Virus record (IMG/VR): IMGVR_UViG_3300005573_000228 | Location: 1 to 30,778 of that record | Origin: a virus | Lineage: Duplodnaviria; Caudoviricetes | DNA length: 30,778 nucleotides | Direction: 5' to 3' (one strand) | Shown: positions 15,740-26,342 of the stretch, piece after piece | Numbering within the stretch: the stretch's first letter is position 1 | Layout: each line of letters starts with the position of its first letter | Program-made: the position numbers and the translations under genes | Notes under the pieces: generated by a model | Seen by the model: the letters and a program-made list of their open reading frames with translations, nothing else | The model's database searches: none | Told to the model about the DNA's origin: nothing

Positions 15740-18700
15740 TGGCGATCACTGCTGCGCAACTCATGGTCAAGGTCGGCGCTGATACCAGCGATGCCGAGCG
15801 CGGCTTGCGGTCGATCTCAGACCGCCTGGGTTCGGTTGGCAAGCAGGCGGCGATAACCGGTGGCCTGCTCTCAGCTGGTCTAACGGCACCGCTTACCATG
15901 CTAGGCAAATCGGCACTAGACACAGCCTCGCGGTTTGAGGACAGCATGACCAGGATTATCGCACTGACTGGTACTAGTGCCGAGCAGGCGGAGAGCCTCG
16001 GACAGAAGGTTTTGAACCTCTCTACTCAGCTGCCACAGAGTGCCACTGAACTGGCCGATGCGCTCTATTTTGTCGTTTCGGCTGGTTTCAAGGGCGACGA
16101 GGCCATGCAAGTTCTCACGACTTCGGCAAGGGCAGCCGCGGCCGGCCTGGGCGAAACCAAAGTAGTGGCCGATGCGGTAACTAGCACTCTCAATGCCTAC
16201 AAAATGAGTAGTGACCAGGCAACCCATGTCACTGACATTATGACTGCTGCTGTGACCGCCGGTAAAATGGAGGCGGCTGACCTAGCTGGCGCCCTTGGCC
16301 GAGTCCTGCCCATCGCGGCCGCGGCGGGCGTATCATTCGAGCAGGTAGCCGCGTCGATCGCTACTATGACACGAACCGGTCTCGACTCAGACGAAGCAAC
16401 AACTGCGTTACGGGGTGTACTATCCGCCCTGGTCTCGCCTGGTAAAGAGGCCGCAGAGACCCTGCATGCTATCGGGCTAAGCGCGGCTGGCCTGAGGGCG
16501 GAGATTGCAGAGAAGGGGCTGCTGGCCGCACTACAGGACCTCATGGTCCGTACTGGTGGTAACCTTGACATGCTGTCCGACATCATCCCCAACATCAGGG
16601 CGTTGACCGGTGTGCTGTCCACGGCTGGCTCGCAGAGTGCCTCCTATGCGCAGATTCTGGACTCAATGGGCCGGGCCGCTGGGCGTACTGACGCGGCCTT
16701 TGAGGCAGCCTCGAAGACGTTGACCTTCCAGCTTGGTTCGTTACACAGCACTATCGACAAGGTTTTGATCGACTTGGCCAGCAGGTTTCTGCCCGTTATC
16801 ACCAGCGTTGTCATGAAGATCGGCGAGCTGGTAACCAAAATCGGTGAGCTCGATCCCAATATCCGCAACGCAGCTCTGGCGTTCGGCGCGGTGCTAGCGG
16901 CAGCTGGCCCAGTGCTGGTGATTGTGGGAGCACTGTCGGGAGCACTCGCGCTCCTGCTGTCGCCGATTGGCCTGGTTGTCGTAGCGGTGGCCGGGCTAGC
17001 AGCGGCATTCGCTGGTGATTTCGGCGGCATCAGGACAACGCTCATGCCCCTCCTTGACAGATTGAGTGCGATGTTGCAAGAGGTACTAGGTAGGATAAGG
17101 GCGCTGGGGCGAGCGCTCGCTGATTTTTGGGACTACCTCTCCTCCGGCAGCCATCGCGATCTGATGTCAGAGTGGTTCGGACCGAACATCGGTCATGCCA
17201 TCGATGAGGTGGTGCGGGCGTTCAAACGCATGGGCCAGAATATCGGCAACGTCTGGCGCGACATAACGTCGCTGTTCTCCGGCAAACTCGACGTTCGCGG
17301 CTTTTTCGCTAACCTGCGGATCGATTTTGGGCGTATTTTTGGGGACGTGCGAGATATCGCTAACGGCATTGCCCGCGCGCTGCGGTCTGCCTGGCAATCC
17401 ATAGATTTTCAGAGCCTGTTCCGAACAGGCGGCGATCTAGCTAGCCGGATAATCGCCTCTATCGGGGACCTCGGGGGCCAGTTAATATCCCTAATGAGGG
17501 ACGCCTGGGGCGGCCTGCGGTCCGCCTGGCCCAGCATTTGGCGCCAAGCAGGCGACGCCTGGGCCGGTTTTACGAGTGCAGTTGGGAATCTGGGCGGGAA
17601 GGTCATCAGCTGGATGCAGACCAGTTGGGCTGCGCTGACAACGGCCTGGCCCTCTATCTGGCAAAAGGCCGGCGACGCCTGGAGCGGGTTCATAGCGGCC
17701 GTTGGCAACCTGGGGGGCAAACTCATCGCCTGGCTCCAAAACGCGTGGAGTGGGCTTGTAACAGCCTGGCCGCGCATCTGGCAGCAGGCGGGGGACGTCT
17801 GGAACGGGTTCATTACCGTGGTGGGCGATCTCGGTGGGAGGGTTGTTGCGTGGGTACGGTCGGGATGGGCTGCATTGGTGGCAGCCTGGCCAAGCATCTG
17901 GCAGCAGGCAGGTGACGCCTGGCAGGGATTCGTGACGGCGGTAGGCGATGTTGGGGGGAAGGTGTTAGCGTGGCTCAGGAACGCCTGGGCAACCCTGAGT
18001 GCCAAATGGCCGGAGATTTGGAAAGCGGCGGGGGATATAACCTCGGGGCTGTGGAGCCAGATTAAGGATTACGCCGAGCGGTTCACACGCTGGATTTCCG
18101 AAGTTGCGAAAAATATTGATTGGAAAGGATTCTATTCCAACTTCAACAGCGCCAAGGCCGAGTTTCAGCGGCAGCTCGTGGCTCAAATCGAGGGGATCGA
18201 TTGGGAAAGCACAGGACGGAATGCTGGTTACATGTTCGGCAATGCCCTTGCCAAAGCCGTACTGGGAGTCCTATCGCTGCTGATCAATGTGACGAATATA
18301 GCGTCACTACTGTCGGGTGGCGATTCCAACCAGGTACAGCTCGAACTGAACCGATATGCAACGCAATTTGCGGCCGGGTTCGCACAGGGGTTCAGCAAAG
18401 CGCTTGGCGAGAACCTGGCGTCGCTTCAGCAACTCGTTGTTGAGTGCTTCACGGGGCTTGGCGAGAAGCTATACAACAAACTGGTTGATGAGCTCAAAAA
18501 CTGGGACTGGGGCGGGCTGATCCTGCGCTATCTAGGCCCGATGGGCATGGTTGTTGAGCAGATATTAACGAGGCTGAGGGGCGCGGCATCGCAGGCGTCG
18601 AGAGAGACGGGCACGGGCTGGTCGGATGTGGGGACGTCCAGTAATCTGCCGCGCGCGCGTGCTAGCGGTGGGCCTGTCGGAGCGGGACTCCCCTACCTAG

Positions 18701-18921
18701 TTGGCGAGCGGGGGCCCGAGCTGTTTATCCCTGCCGTGCCCGGCTACGTGGTACCGGACCGAGGGCTGGATTACGACCGCTTGGCGAGGGCCATCGCGTC
18801 TGCAGTGGGGGGCAACCCTACCCTCGGACCGGTCTACGTCAGGAGCGAAATGGACGCTCATGTGCTGGCCTACCAGCTAGGCCGTGAATTGGCACGACGA
18901 CGGAGGGAGCGCGGTGGCTAG
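15739..18921 (+). CDS. Tape measure protein (TP901-type core)
   Basis: 1060 aa, Ala/Gly-rich; Trp repeats; C-terminal 'RASGGPV...YLVGERGPELF'. Confidence 0.95.
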   Translation: MAITAAQLMVKVGADTSDAERGLRSISDRLGSVGKQAAITGGLLSAGLTAPLTMLGKSALDTASRFEDSMTRIIALTGTSAEQAESLGQKVLNLSTQLPQSATELADALYFVVSAGFKGDEAMQVLTTSARAAAAGLGETKVVADAVTSTLNAYKMSSDQATHVTDIMTAAVTAGKMEAADLAGALGRVLPIAAAAGVSFEQVAASIATMTRTGLDSDEATTALRGVLSALVSPGKEAAETLHAIGLSAAGLRAEIAEKGLLAALQDLMVRTGGNLDMLSDIIPNIRALTGVLSTAGSQSASYAQILDSMGRAAGRTDAAFEAASKTLTFQLGSLHSTIDKVLIDLASRFLPVITSVVMKIGELVTKIGELDPNIRNAALAFGAVLAAAGPVLVIVGALSGALALLLSPIGLVVVAVAGLAAAFAGDFGGIRTTLMPLLDRLSAMLQEVLGRIRALGRALADFWDYLSSGSHRDLMSEWFGPNIGHAIDEVVRAFKRMGQNIGNVWRDITSLFSGKLDVRGFFANLRIDFGRIFGDVRDIANGIARALRSAWQSIDFQSLFRTGGDLASRIIASIGDLGGQLISLMRDAWGGLRSAWPSIWRQAGDAWAGFTSAVGNLGGKVISWMQTSWAALTTAWPSIWQKAGDAWSGFIAAVGNLGGKLIAWLQNAWSGLVTAWPRIWQQAGDVWNGFITVVGDLGGRVVAWVRSGWAALVAAWPSIWQQAGDAWQGFVTAVGDVGGKVLAWLRNAWATLSAKWPEIWKAAGDITSGLWSQIKDYAERFTRWISEVAKNIDWKGFYSNFNSAKAEFQRQLVAQIEGIDWESTGRNAGYMFGNALAKAVLGVLSLLINVTNIASLLSGGDSNQVQLELNRYATQFAAGFAQGFSKALGENLASLQQLVVECFTGLGEKLYNKLVDELKNWDWGGLILRYLGPMGMVVEQILTRLRGAASQASRETGTGWSDVGTSSNLPRARASGGPVGAGLPYLVGERGPELFIPAVPGYVVPDRGLDYDRLARAIASAVGGNPTLGPVYVRSEMDAHVLAYQLGRELARRRRERGG
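17464..18063 (+). repeat. Five tandem 120-nt (40-aa) Trp-rich repeats within the tape measure
   Basis: Units start at 17464, 17584, 17704, 17824 and 17944 (G[DN]LGG...AWP.IW..AGD). Confidence 0.9.
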
Positions 18922-20212
18922 TCACGTTATTGACCTGGTCATTGGCACCGACACCGCCAACGCAATCCATCTGGCCGGGGGATCGAGCGGTAATTACCTG
19001 CTCGACTACCCGATTCAGACCGCCAAAAGCAGCGAGGCCACCGTAGTCGAGTCCCTGAGGTTGATGGTATCGGGCGCGACTATAGACGCCGTGCGAGTGC
19101 TGATCAACACAATCGAGGCGCGCCTACGCTATAGCGACCTGTATGGCAGCTCGGCGGCCGAGCTGCCAGTCTACGTGCATCTGCAACTGGGGGGCTCTGG
19201 CACCGCATATCGGAGCCCGATCTACTCGGCACAGCTGACCCTTGGCGACGATGCTCTAGGTTACCAGTGGGCTACCCAACTGATCGAGGTACAACTGACC
19301 TGGACCAGGGCGGCGTGGTGGGAGTCGACCGCGCAGACCACGCTCGTGAACGCGCAGTCGATCTATAACCGCATCACCACCGCGCCGGTATCGTATGTGG
19401 ACATCTCTGGCAGCAGCATCGCGGGCAGTATCCCCAGCCCCATCGAGCTGACGGTGCAAAACACGCTCAATGAGAGCTATCACATTGCTCGCCTCTGGGC
19501 CGGCATCCAGGTCAAGGGGACCGGCTGGTACGAGAACTCCTGGGAGGCAGAGGGCGCCGGCGTCAGCGGGGGCTCAAGCGTAGCATCGGCGACGGCATCA
19601 AACGGCTATTTTCGGCGCTTTGCGGTGCCCGCCACCGAGGGTTCGCTGGCCACGTGGACGCCTACGGTGTGGAATTACTCGCGTGGGCGCTGGTTCGCGG
19701 TTCTGGGCTGCCTAGCGAGTGCCCCCAATAGTGGCGTCCGCATCCGGTGGGAGATACTGTACGCCGGGCTGGCCCATTGGCGGGGCGACCTGATCAGCAT
19801 CTCCACCGACCTGATGCAGATTTTCGGGGCGATCCCCGTCCCGCCGGCTCTGGAAGGGGCAGACAGCGTGGAGCCCCTTACCCTGCGGCTGCGCGGGCTG
19901 GGGAGCGGAAACCTGGACATCGATTATTTCCGGCTGCTGCCGGTCAACAGCTGCCGCGTCTACATAGCCCGGCAGCTGGGAGCCGGGTACCAGGAGAGCG
20001 TCATGGACGACCCAACCATCGCGGAGGGGGCCCTGCTGTTGACGTCGGGTGGTACCAGGGTGCCGGGCTTCTACGCGCTGTACGACCCGCTGGTAGTCTG
20101 GCCGGGGATCGACCAGCGCCTGTACCTGTCATGGTGTGACACCACGACGGCAAAGGCAACCTGGACGGCATCGGTAACCGTCAAACACCGGCCACGGAGG
20201 CTCACGCTATGA
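18914..20212 (+). CDS. Distal tail-like protein with an inserted beta-rich domain
   Basis: GGAGGGAG RBS and GTG 18914; follows the tape measure; C-terminal 'VTVKHRPRRL'. Confidence 0.65.
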   Translation: MASHVIDLVIGTDTANAIHLAGGSSGNYLLDYPIQTAKSSEATVVESLRLMVSGATIDAVRVLINTIEARLRYSDLYGSSAAELPVYVHLQLGGSGTAYRSPIYSAQLTLGDDALGYQWATQLIEVQLTWTRAAWWESTAQTTLVNAQSIYNRITTAPVSYVDISGSSIAGSIPSPIELTVQNTLNESYHIARLWAGIQVKGTGWYENSWEAEGAGVSGGSSVASATASNGYFRRFAVPATEGSLATWTPTVWNYSRGRWFAVLGCLASAPNSGVRIRWEILYAGLAHWRGDLISISTDLMQIFGAIPVPPALEGADSVEPLTLRLRGLGSGNLDIDYFRLLPVNSCRVYIARQLGAGYQESVMDDPTIAEGALLLTSGGTRVPGFYALYDPLVVWPGIDQRLYLSWCDTTTAKATWTASVTVKHRPRRLTL

Positions 20213-21759
20213 GCCTGTCCGTTCTGGTTTTAGACCGGGAAACGGGCGCGCCACTGTCCGTCAACGGCACCCTGGTACCGCAGCGGTATAGCTGGAGGGC
20301 CGTCGGCGGCCCCGCCGGAGCGACGATAGAGCTGAGGGGGCCAGCAGTGGAATGCGAGAGCGCCCTGGGCTGGCTGCGCTGCCCGGTCGAGATATGGCAC
20401 TCCGCCCTGGGGCGCGTGTGGTGGGGATACGTGCACGAGGTTGAGGTAGACATCGGCGGCGTCACCTATGCCGTAAATCTAGACGAGGTCTATAACCGCG
20501 TCGCCGTGCAATACGAGGACCGAGACGCATCGGGCACCAGCGGGACCAGCGCCATGACCGCCTGGGCAGAGGATGCTGAGAGCATTGCCACCTATGGCTA
20601 TCGGGAGACGGTGCTGACCGCGAACAACAGCAATCAGGCTGCGGCGGAGCAGAAGCGGAACGCCTACCTAGCCAAATATAGCCAGCCGATCAGAACGTGG
20701 AAACCAGGCACCGAGGCAGACAAGCCCACGGCTACCCTGCATTGCCTAGGCTGGTGGCAGACCCTGGGGTGGCGGAGTTACAGTCGGTCTCTCCTGATGG
20801 AGGGGAGCTCGGAGTGGCCCTGGTTTACCATCTCGTTCGCAAACTACGCCAGTTCCCAACGGGCCTACCAGACCCTGCAACTGGGCGGGACCTATGAGTT
20901 CTGGGCGGAGCAGCTCGTGCTGGTGCTGGGCAAAAGCGCGAGCAGCCCGCACAGCAACCTGGTGATCGACCTGGTGCAGGATAACGCGACGTCCGGCCTA
21001 CCCCAGCCGGGGACGGTGCTGTACTCGTGGAGCATCGACCCTGGCAGTGGTGACCTGCGGCCTGATAGCTATATCTGGAGCACACACACCCTGAGCCCGC
21101 GGGTGCTATTGGACCCGACGAGGCGGTACGGGATCTACCTACGCAGGGCGGACAATAATCAGGAGGACGGGACGGCGTACAAGGTCAATTGTTATGCGAC
21201 GGGGAACGACCTGTACCCGCGCGGCAATTTTTATCTCTACAACGCCAACACGTCGACCTGGTATGACGAGACTCAGGTCGAGGATGCGGGATTCCAATTG
21301 TATGGCGCCTGGCGCAGCAGCACGCAGTTGGGGGACATCATCACCAGTGCTGGCCAATTCCTGAGCCTGGGCACCCTCCCCACCATTGAGCTGTACCAGC
21401 CTCCATATAGGGCGGCCAACAGCAACGCTCTGACCGAGGTTGAGCAGCTGCTTGCCTTAGGCGACGGGAGCGGCAACGGCCTGATTGCAGTGGTCAACCC
21501 AGATCGCACCGTCAGCGTCTACACGGAGCCGGCTCCCGGCTACGCCGACTATTACTACGGCCCGGATGGGCAGCTATACGACCTGACGCACGTGTTGGTA
21601 CCGCCCGAGCGCTGCCCGGTTGGGATATGGGTCCGGCCCGATCCCCTGATCTATCCGGTCGGGGTGGCGGCCAGCTACGTCGAGGAGATGGAGTTCGACT
21701 GCCAGGAACGCTCGCTCCGGCCGACGATGCGTGGCGAGCGCAATGTCTGGGGTGATTAG
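20209..21759 (+). CDS. Minor tail / baseplate hub protein
   Basis: 'VWWGYV', 'YNRVAVQY', 'DAESIATYGYRE'; ATGA coupling. Confidence 0.7.
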   Translation: MSLSVLVLDRETGAPLSVNGTLVPQRYSWRAVGGPAGATIELRGPAVECESALGWLRCPVEIWHSALGRVWWGYVHEVEVDIGGVTYAVNLDEVYNRVAVQYEDRDASGTSGTSAMTAWAEDAESIATYGYRETVLTANNSNQAAAEQKRNAYLAKYSQPIRTWKPGTEADKPTATLHCLGWWQTLGWRSYSRSLLMEGSSEWPWFTISFANYASSQRAYQTLQLGGTYEFWAEQLVLVLGKSASSPHSNLVIDLVQDNATSGLPQPGTVLYSWSIDPGSGDLRPDSYIWSTHTLSPRVLLDPTRRYGIYLRRADNNQEDGTAYKVNCYATGNDLYPRGNFYLYNANTSTWYDETQVEDAGFQLYGAWRSSTQLGDIITSAGQFLSLGTLPTIELYQPPYRAANSNALTEVEQLLALGDGSGNGLIAVVNPDRTVSVYTEPAPGYADYYYGPDGQLYDLTHVLVPPERCPVGIWVRPDPLIYPVGVAASYVEEMEFDCQERSLRPTMRGERNVWGD

Positions 21760-21762
21760 ACC

Positions 21763-24700
21763 ATGGACACCAGAACGCGCGCAGAGCTGATACAGCAACT
21801 GAGACCAGCCTGGCTGGCAGATATCACCGGCGTCATCGCCAGTGGGCGCATTGGGGCGCACGAGCTCAGCGGGACGCTGCACACGGGGACGCTGGCTAAT
21901 GACCAGGGGCCGCAGTTTTTGCTCGTGGATGGCACGAGGCAGCTAACTGGGGACCTGAGCGTAGCGGCGGGGGTGAAAATCGATGGTGTGGATATCTCGC
22001 TGCATGCGCATACGGGGTCCGATGGCAGTACGCAGGTGTCGCATGCTAGCCTGACGGGTGTTAGTGCAGACCAGCATCACCCGCAGATTCACGCGCATTC
22101 CACGCATACCAGTATTGGACCGGATGACCATCACACTGCCCTGATCGGGCTGACTGGCGATTCTGGTACAGCGGTCCCCGATGCCTCGGATTACGTGCAG
22201 ATCGTCGGTGGCGACGGCCTGACCAGCACCGCCAGCGGCAGTGTAGTTGCTATCGCCCTGGATACACCCGGTACGGTATCAGGGACGACGACCAACAGTG
22301 CGACTGGCAATCATACCCATGCCGTTACTGCCTATTCCGCCGGGCGCGTTAGCGGGACCGCGCGTGCAGGGGAGCTCGTCAAGTACGGGAGCGCGGGAGG
22401 GCTGGACCTTGGCCCGTCCACGATCAGTTATGCGGACAGCGGCGGCAATCCTCTGGCTGGCGATATCCTCACTGTAGGCTCCCTCAACGTGCACCAGTAC
22501 GCGGGAGGCGGCATCGCCATTGGCCTGAACAAGGCATGCGATCCCCAGTTCGACTTGGACATCGCGGGGAACCTGCGGGCGTGCGGATGGATTGTGGGCA
22601 AACACGCTATCCAGGTCGGCGACCCGCTGATGATCTGCCACTATGACGGCAAGATCCCCTACAGTGATGGGCGCATCGGCGAGACGGATTTTACCGGTGA
22701 TTTGGTCGGTCACAAGGGGCAGGTGCCCACGACGTCGGGGACGGTCGTATTCCGCAAGGCCGCTGGGCTATGGGGAAAGGCCGTCCAGGTGGCGGAGGGG
22801 ACGACGAATATCGTCAATAACCCGTCGTTCGAGGTGGACACGAGCAGTTGGGCTGCCTACCAGGGTGGGACGCTGGCACGTGACACGACGCTATCCTACA
22901 TGGGGAGTGCGTGCGCTAGCCTAACGAGCAGTAGCACCCCGCAGCCGTATATCTCGCAATCGCAGCCGCTGACGCCAGCAGCAGGCACCTGGTATACGCT
23001 CAGTGCCTGGGTGCGGGCAGGAGCTAACGCAGTGGGGCTGACGCTCACGGCCAGGCTGATCGAGCGGGGAGGGGCGCAGCCCGATGCCTATAGTGATGGC
23101 TCGGTTACACTCACGGCGCAGTGGCAGCGCGTTACCGTGAGCCGGCAGTGGCAGCAGGGCGACCGTACTACCGTACTCTGTAATTTCATCCTCAATAGTA
23201 GCGCTAGTGGTGCGGTCGTCTATATCGATGCGGTGCAGCTGGAGCAGAAAGCGTATCCGACGCCGTACCACGACGCCACGATTAACGGCTCCAACGCCCG
23301 TAGCGCGGGATACCTGCGCTATCCTGGTATCCCGCTACCACGCAGCGGCACACTGGCCATATGGGCATGCTCTGCGGCGCCCTACAATGCTGGCACCTAC
23401 CGACAGCTAGTGAGCTGCGATAATGGCGGGGCCACGGGTATATTCGTGCGCATCAATAGCGCGAATCAGCTGGGGTTTGCGATAGGCGGGGCAACGCGCA
23501 TCACCTACAACCTGTCTGAGAGCCTGTTTGGTGCCCTCACGTGGCACCATGTGGCGGCTACCTGGGATGAGGCGGCTAACGCCTGTGCTCTGTATTTGGA
23601 TGGCGTCCAGGTCGGGACATCGCCGTGGTATACGCCGACCGACTGGGGCAATGGCTGGGTTGTCGGCTCGATTATCGGCGTCCAAAACTGGCCGGGCTGG
23701 CTGAAGGATTTTGTGCTCTGGGATACGGTCCTCGATGCGGGGCAGATTCGGGCTATTGCGGAGAGCCGGGCACCCGTGTTTGCCGAATCTGCTGTCTACA
23801 CGTTCCGCAACGCGCCGGGCGGGATGGTATGGGCGGATGCAAACGGCCTGTGGGCGCGGTCGGCATCGGGCAATGCGATCCTGGGCGTGTATGGCGGGAC
23901 GTCGTCTGGCTACTCCTGGGGCGGGCAGTCCCTGGATGTGGGCGATGTGCTGATTGGCAGAGGCAATGCGTACACACTCTGGGATGACTCGGCAGGGACG
24001 CTGTCCATCGGCGGCAAAATCACGCTGCAAAGCGACGGCACCGCGAGCATTGCGGGGGTGCTGAACCTTGGCAGTAGTGGTGGCATTTTCCAGGGCACGG
24101 GGACGTTCGGCTCCCCGACGACGGGGCTCAAAATCTACAACAGTGGCGGGATCGGGCTGTTGGAGACCTGGAGGGATGGGACAAAACAGGTTTACCTGGA
24201 TACCAACGGAGCGCTGGTGGCTGGTGGGGGGAAAATCGCCCTGAACTCTGCAGGGCTGAGAATGTCCCCGGCGTCTGCCGGTGTGACAGACCCGGCTGCT
24301 TCGGTGACCTGGGTTTCAGGCGGGGACAGACTGGGATGTGCTGGCGCATACCTGTTGATCGGCGGTTCGTCGACAGTTGCCGGAGCCAGCCTCGTTTCCA
24401 ATCCCGATAAGGCGTTCTCGTATGGCCAAACCGACATCTCGGCCTACTCCACCAGTTATGAGTGCTCTACCTCCTGGTACAGCGATACTGGGAGGATTGA
24501 GCTCCAGGTTTACAACTGCAGTACATTGACGAGCAAATACGCCAGGTTCTATGCCGACGGCCGGTTTTGCCCGGACACGGTGACCGGGACTCGCGTCTAC
24601 AACAGCACAGCGATCCCTCTGAGCACGAGCGGGACCTGGTACAACCTCACGTTCAATAGCGAGCGGTTCGACACGGACAACATTCACTCGACCGCGAGCA

Positions 24701-25002
24701 ACACCGACCGTTTGACCTGCTCCACTGCCGGCGTCTACCTGATCATCGGGAGCGTGCGGTTCGCCTCCAACGCCAATGGAGACCGTCTCCTTAGCATTGT
24801 CCTCAACGGCACGACCACCCTAGCCATGGAGACCACACGGGCAGCCTCGGGCAACCCGACGACCATGACCGTATCAGCGATCTACCAGCTGAACGTGGGA
24901 GATTACGTGACCCTGAGTGCCCAGCAGACGAGCGGGGGATCGCTGAACATTGAGGCGGCCGGCAACTACTCGCCAGAGTTTATGATGGTACGGTTAGCAT
25001 AA
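21763..25002 (+). CDS. Tail fibre / receptor-binding protein (His-rich, CBM-like, LamG-like and C1q-like domains)
   Basis: 'TTNIVNNPSFE', 'WYTLSAWVR', 'IDAVQLE', 'WHHVAATWD...LYLDGVQV', 'TAGVYLI...LNVGDYV'. Confidence 0.85.
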   Translation: MDTRTRAELIQQLRPAWLADITGVIASGRIGAHELSGTLHTGTLANDQGPQFLLVDGTRQLTGDLSVAAGVKIDGVDISLHAHTGSDGSTQVSHASLTGVSADQHHPQIHAHSTHTSIGPDDHHTALIGLTGDSGTAVPDASDYVQIVGGDGLTSTASGSVVAIALDTPGTVSGTTTNSATGNHTHAVTAYSAGRVSGTARAGELVKYGSAGGLDLGPSTISYADSGGNPLAGDILTVGSLNVHQYAGGGIAIGLNKACDPQFDLDIAGNLRACGWIVGKHAIQVGDPLMICHYDGKIPYSDGRIGETDFTGDLVGHKGQVPTTSGTVVFRKAAGLWGKAVQVAEGTTNIVNNPSFEVDTSSWAAYQGGTLARDTTLSYMGSACASLTSSSTPQPYISQSQPLTPAAGTWYTLSAWVRAGANAVGLTLTARLIERGGAQPDAYSDGSVTLTAQWQRVTVSRQWQQGDRTTVLCNFILNSSASGAVVYIDAVQLEQKAYPTPYHDATINGSNARSAGYLRYPGIPLPRSGTLAIWACSAAPYNAGTYRQLVSCDNGGATGIFVRINSANQLGFAIGGATRITYNLSESLFGALTWHHVAATWDEAANACALYLDGVQVGTSPWYTPTDWGNGWVVGSIIGVQNWPGWLKDFVLWDTVLDAGQIRAIAESRAPVFAESAVYTFRNAPGGMVWADANGLWARSASGNAILGVYGGTSSGYSWGGQSLDVGDVLIGRGNAYTLWDDSAGTLSIGGKITLQSDGTASIAGVLNLGSSGGIFQGTGTFGSPTTGLKIYNSGGIGLLETWRDGTKQVYLDTNGALVAGGGKIALNSAGLRMSPASAGVTDPAASVTWVSGGDRLGCAGAYLLIGGSSTVAGASLVSNPDKAFSYGQTDISAYSTSYECSTSWYSDTGRIELQVYNCSTLTSKYARFYADGRFCPDTVTGTRVYNSTAIPLSTSGTWYNLTFNSERFDTDNIHSTASNTDRLTCSTAGVYLIIGSVRFASNANGDRLLSIVLNGTTTLAMETTRAASGNPTTMTVSAIYQLNVGDYVTLSAQQTSGGSLNIEAAGNYSPEFMMVRLA

Positions 25003-25016
25003 AACAGGGAGGCTCA

Positions 25017-25214
25017 ATGGAGGACAGGATCAGGGCACGCATATCTCAGCTAGAGGCGGAGCGCGACCGCCTAGTGGCGCAGCTGTCGCCATACCAGCAG
25101 CAGCTGGCCGCGTACAACGCGGCCATTGGGGAGCTGAGGGCGCTACTGGAGCCCGGAGGCGCATCGGTGGAGGTAGATGATGGAGTGGCAGATCGTAGCG
25201 CAGGCGCTGCTTGA
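25017..25214 (+). CDS. Small coiled-coil protein (possible fibre chaperone)
   Basis: GGGAGG RBS; heptad pattern. Confidence 0.65.
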   Translation: MEDRIRARISQLEAERDRLVAQLSPYQQQLAAYNAAIGELRALLEPGGASVEVDDGVADRSAGAA

Positions 25215-25344
25215 GCGGCTGGCCTAGATGGCTGTAGGGGTGGGAGTCGGCCTGATTGTGGAATGGCTCTGGCACCCGATGGATAGGCTGCTCACGAAGG
25301 CACTCCGCGGGGTGTGGAGGGAGCGCGCGGAAGGGAGGTATTGA
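25177..25344 (+). pseudogene. Small membrane ORF interrupted by an in-frame TAG
   Basis: GGAGG then ATG 25177; MMEWQIVAQALLERLA*MAVGVGVGLIVEWLW...; TAG at 25225-25227; final TGA overlaps the next gene's TTG. Confidence 0.45.
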
Positions 25345-25346
25345 GA

Positions 25347-26342
25347 GTGTACAAACTCGGTCCGCACATCATACGCAACACCAACGCCGCTATGGAGTGG
25401 ACGCGCAAGGCGGCCATTGTCAAAAGCATCGACGACATAGGGCCATTGGCGAACGCCCCGGAGGGGGCGATCAGGGTTTACCGGCGCTACCTGCCGGACC
25501 AGGAGGGTTTAGCCCGCGCCAGTCCCCAGGCCGTCGCCAATGCCATACTGACTGGCCTGAGAGGATACAATCATCCCCGTTTGTATGTGGAAGTGTTCAA
25601 TGAGTACCGGCAGACGGCCGCCGAGATCGCCTTCCACGCCGACGTCGTGGAGCAGGTCACGGCCACATTGCACAGGGCCGGTTACAGGGTGGCCGGGTTT
25701 TCGTTCAGCACGGGGAACCCCGAGCCGGAGGTGTGGCAGTTCCTCCGGTCGCGGGGGTTCTGTGGTGTCGATGCTATCGCCCTGCACGAGTACTGGGGGA
25801 TGCGCGGATTCAGCACGTGGAACGCCCTGCGCTACCGGCGCGTGCACGAGTGGCTGGGGGGCCAGCATCCACCGTTCGTCATAACGGAGTGCGGGCGGGA
25901 TGCAGTCGAGGGCGCCGAGGGCCGCCCGGGCTGGCAGCGGCAGGGGGTGACGGGGGACCAGTATGTGAGGGAGTTGCTTTCCTACGCCGCCGAGCTGGAG
26001 AAAGACGGTTACGTCCTGGGGGGCACGGTTTTCACCTGTGGCCCTTATTCGGATTTCGCCGGCTTCGACGTGGATGGGTTGGTGGGACGCATCCCGCCCG
26101 CCAGCCAGACCATCAGCATACCAGACAGACCAGTCACAGGAGGGGATATGGACATCATCACGCAGTACCGGAGCATTTACGATCAGTGGGTGGCAGCCGG
26201 CGGCGTCGTCAACAATTTTCGCCGTCATTTGCTGGCTATAGGCATCCTGCAGCCCACGCAGGAGGATATCAGGCTGCTGATCAATGAGGCATATGCAGCC
26301 AATCAGCAGTTGAAGCAGACCGCGGACCGTTTTTTCCGTTGA
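25347..26342 (+). CDS. Glycoside hydrolase-like (clan GH-A TIM barrel) putative lysin with a C-terminal helical domain
   Basis: 'EVFNE', 'ALHEYW' and 'ITECG' motifs; located in the lysis module. Start is GTG 25347 or TTG 25341. Confidence 0.72.
   Translation: MYKLGPHIIRNTNAAMEWTRKAAIVKSIDDIGPLANAPEGAIRVYRRYLPDQEGLARASPQAVANAILTGLRGYNHPRLYVEVFNEYRQTAAEIAFHADVVEQVTATLHRAGYRVAGFSFSTGNPEPEVWQFLRSRGFCGVDAIALHEYWGMRGFSTWNALRYRRVHEWLGGQHPPFVITECGRDAVEGAEGRPGWQRQGVTGDQYVRELLSYAAELEKDGYVLGGTVFTCGPYSDFAGFDVDGLVGRIPPASQTISIPDRPVTGGDMDIITQYRSIYDQWVAAGGVVNNFRRHLLAIGILQPTQEDIRLLINEAYAANQQLKQTADRFFR

Noticed and set aside
17464-18063. CRISPR-like periodic array
   Set aside because: These are in-frame degenerate coding repeats with no constant repeat/unique spacer structure, and no cas genes are present.
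24560-25350. Diversity-generating retroelement targeting the fibre tip
   Set aside because: No reverse transcriptase and no template-repeat copy were seen in the window.
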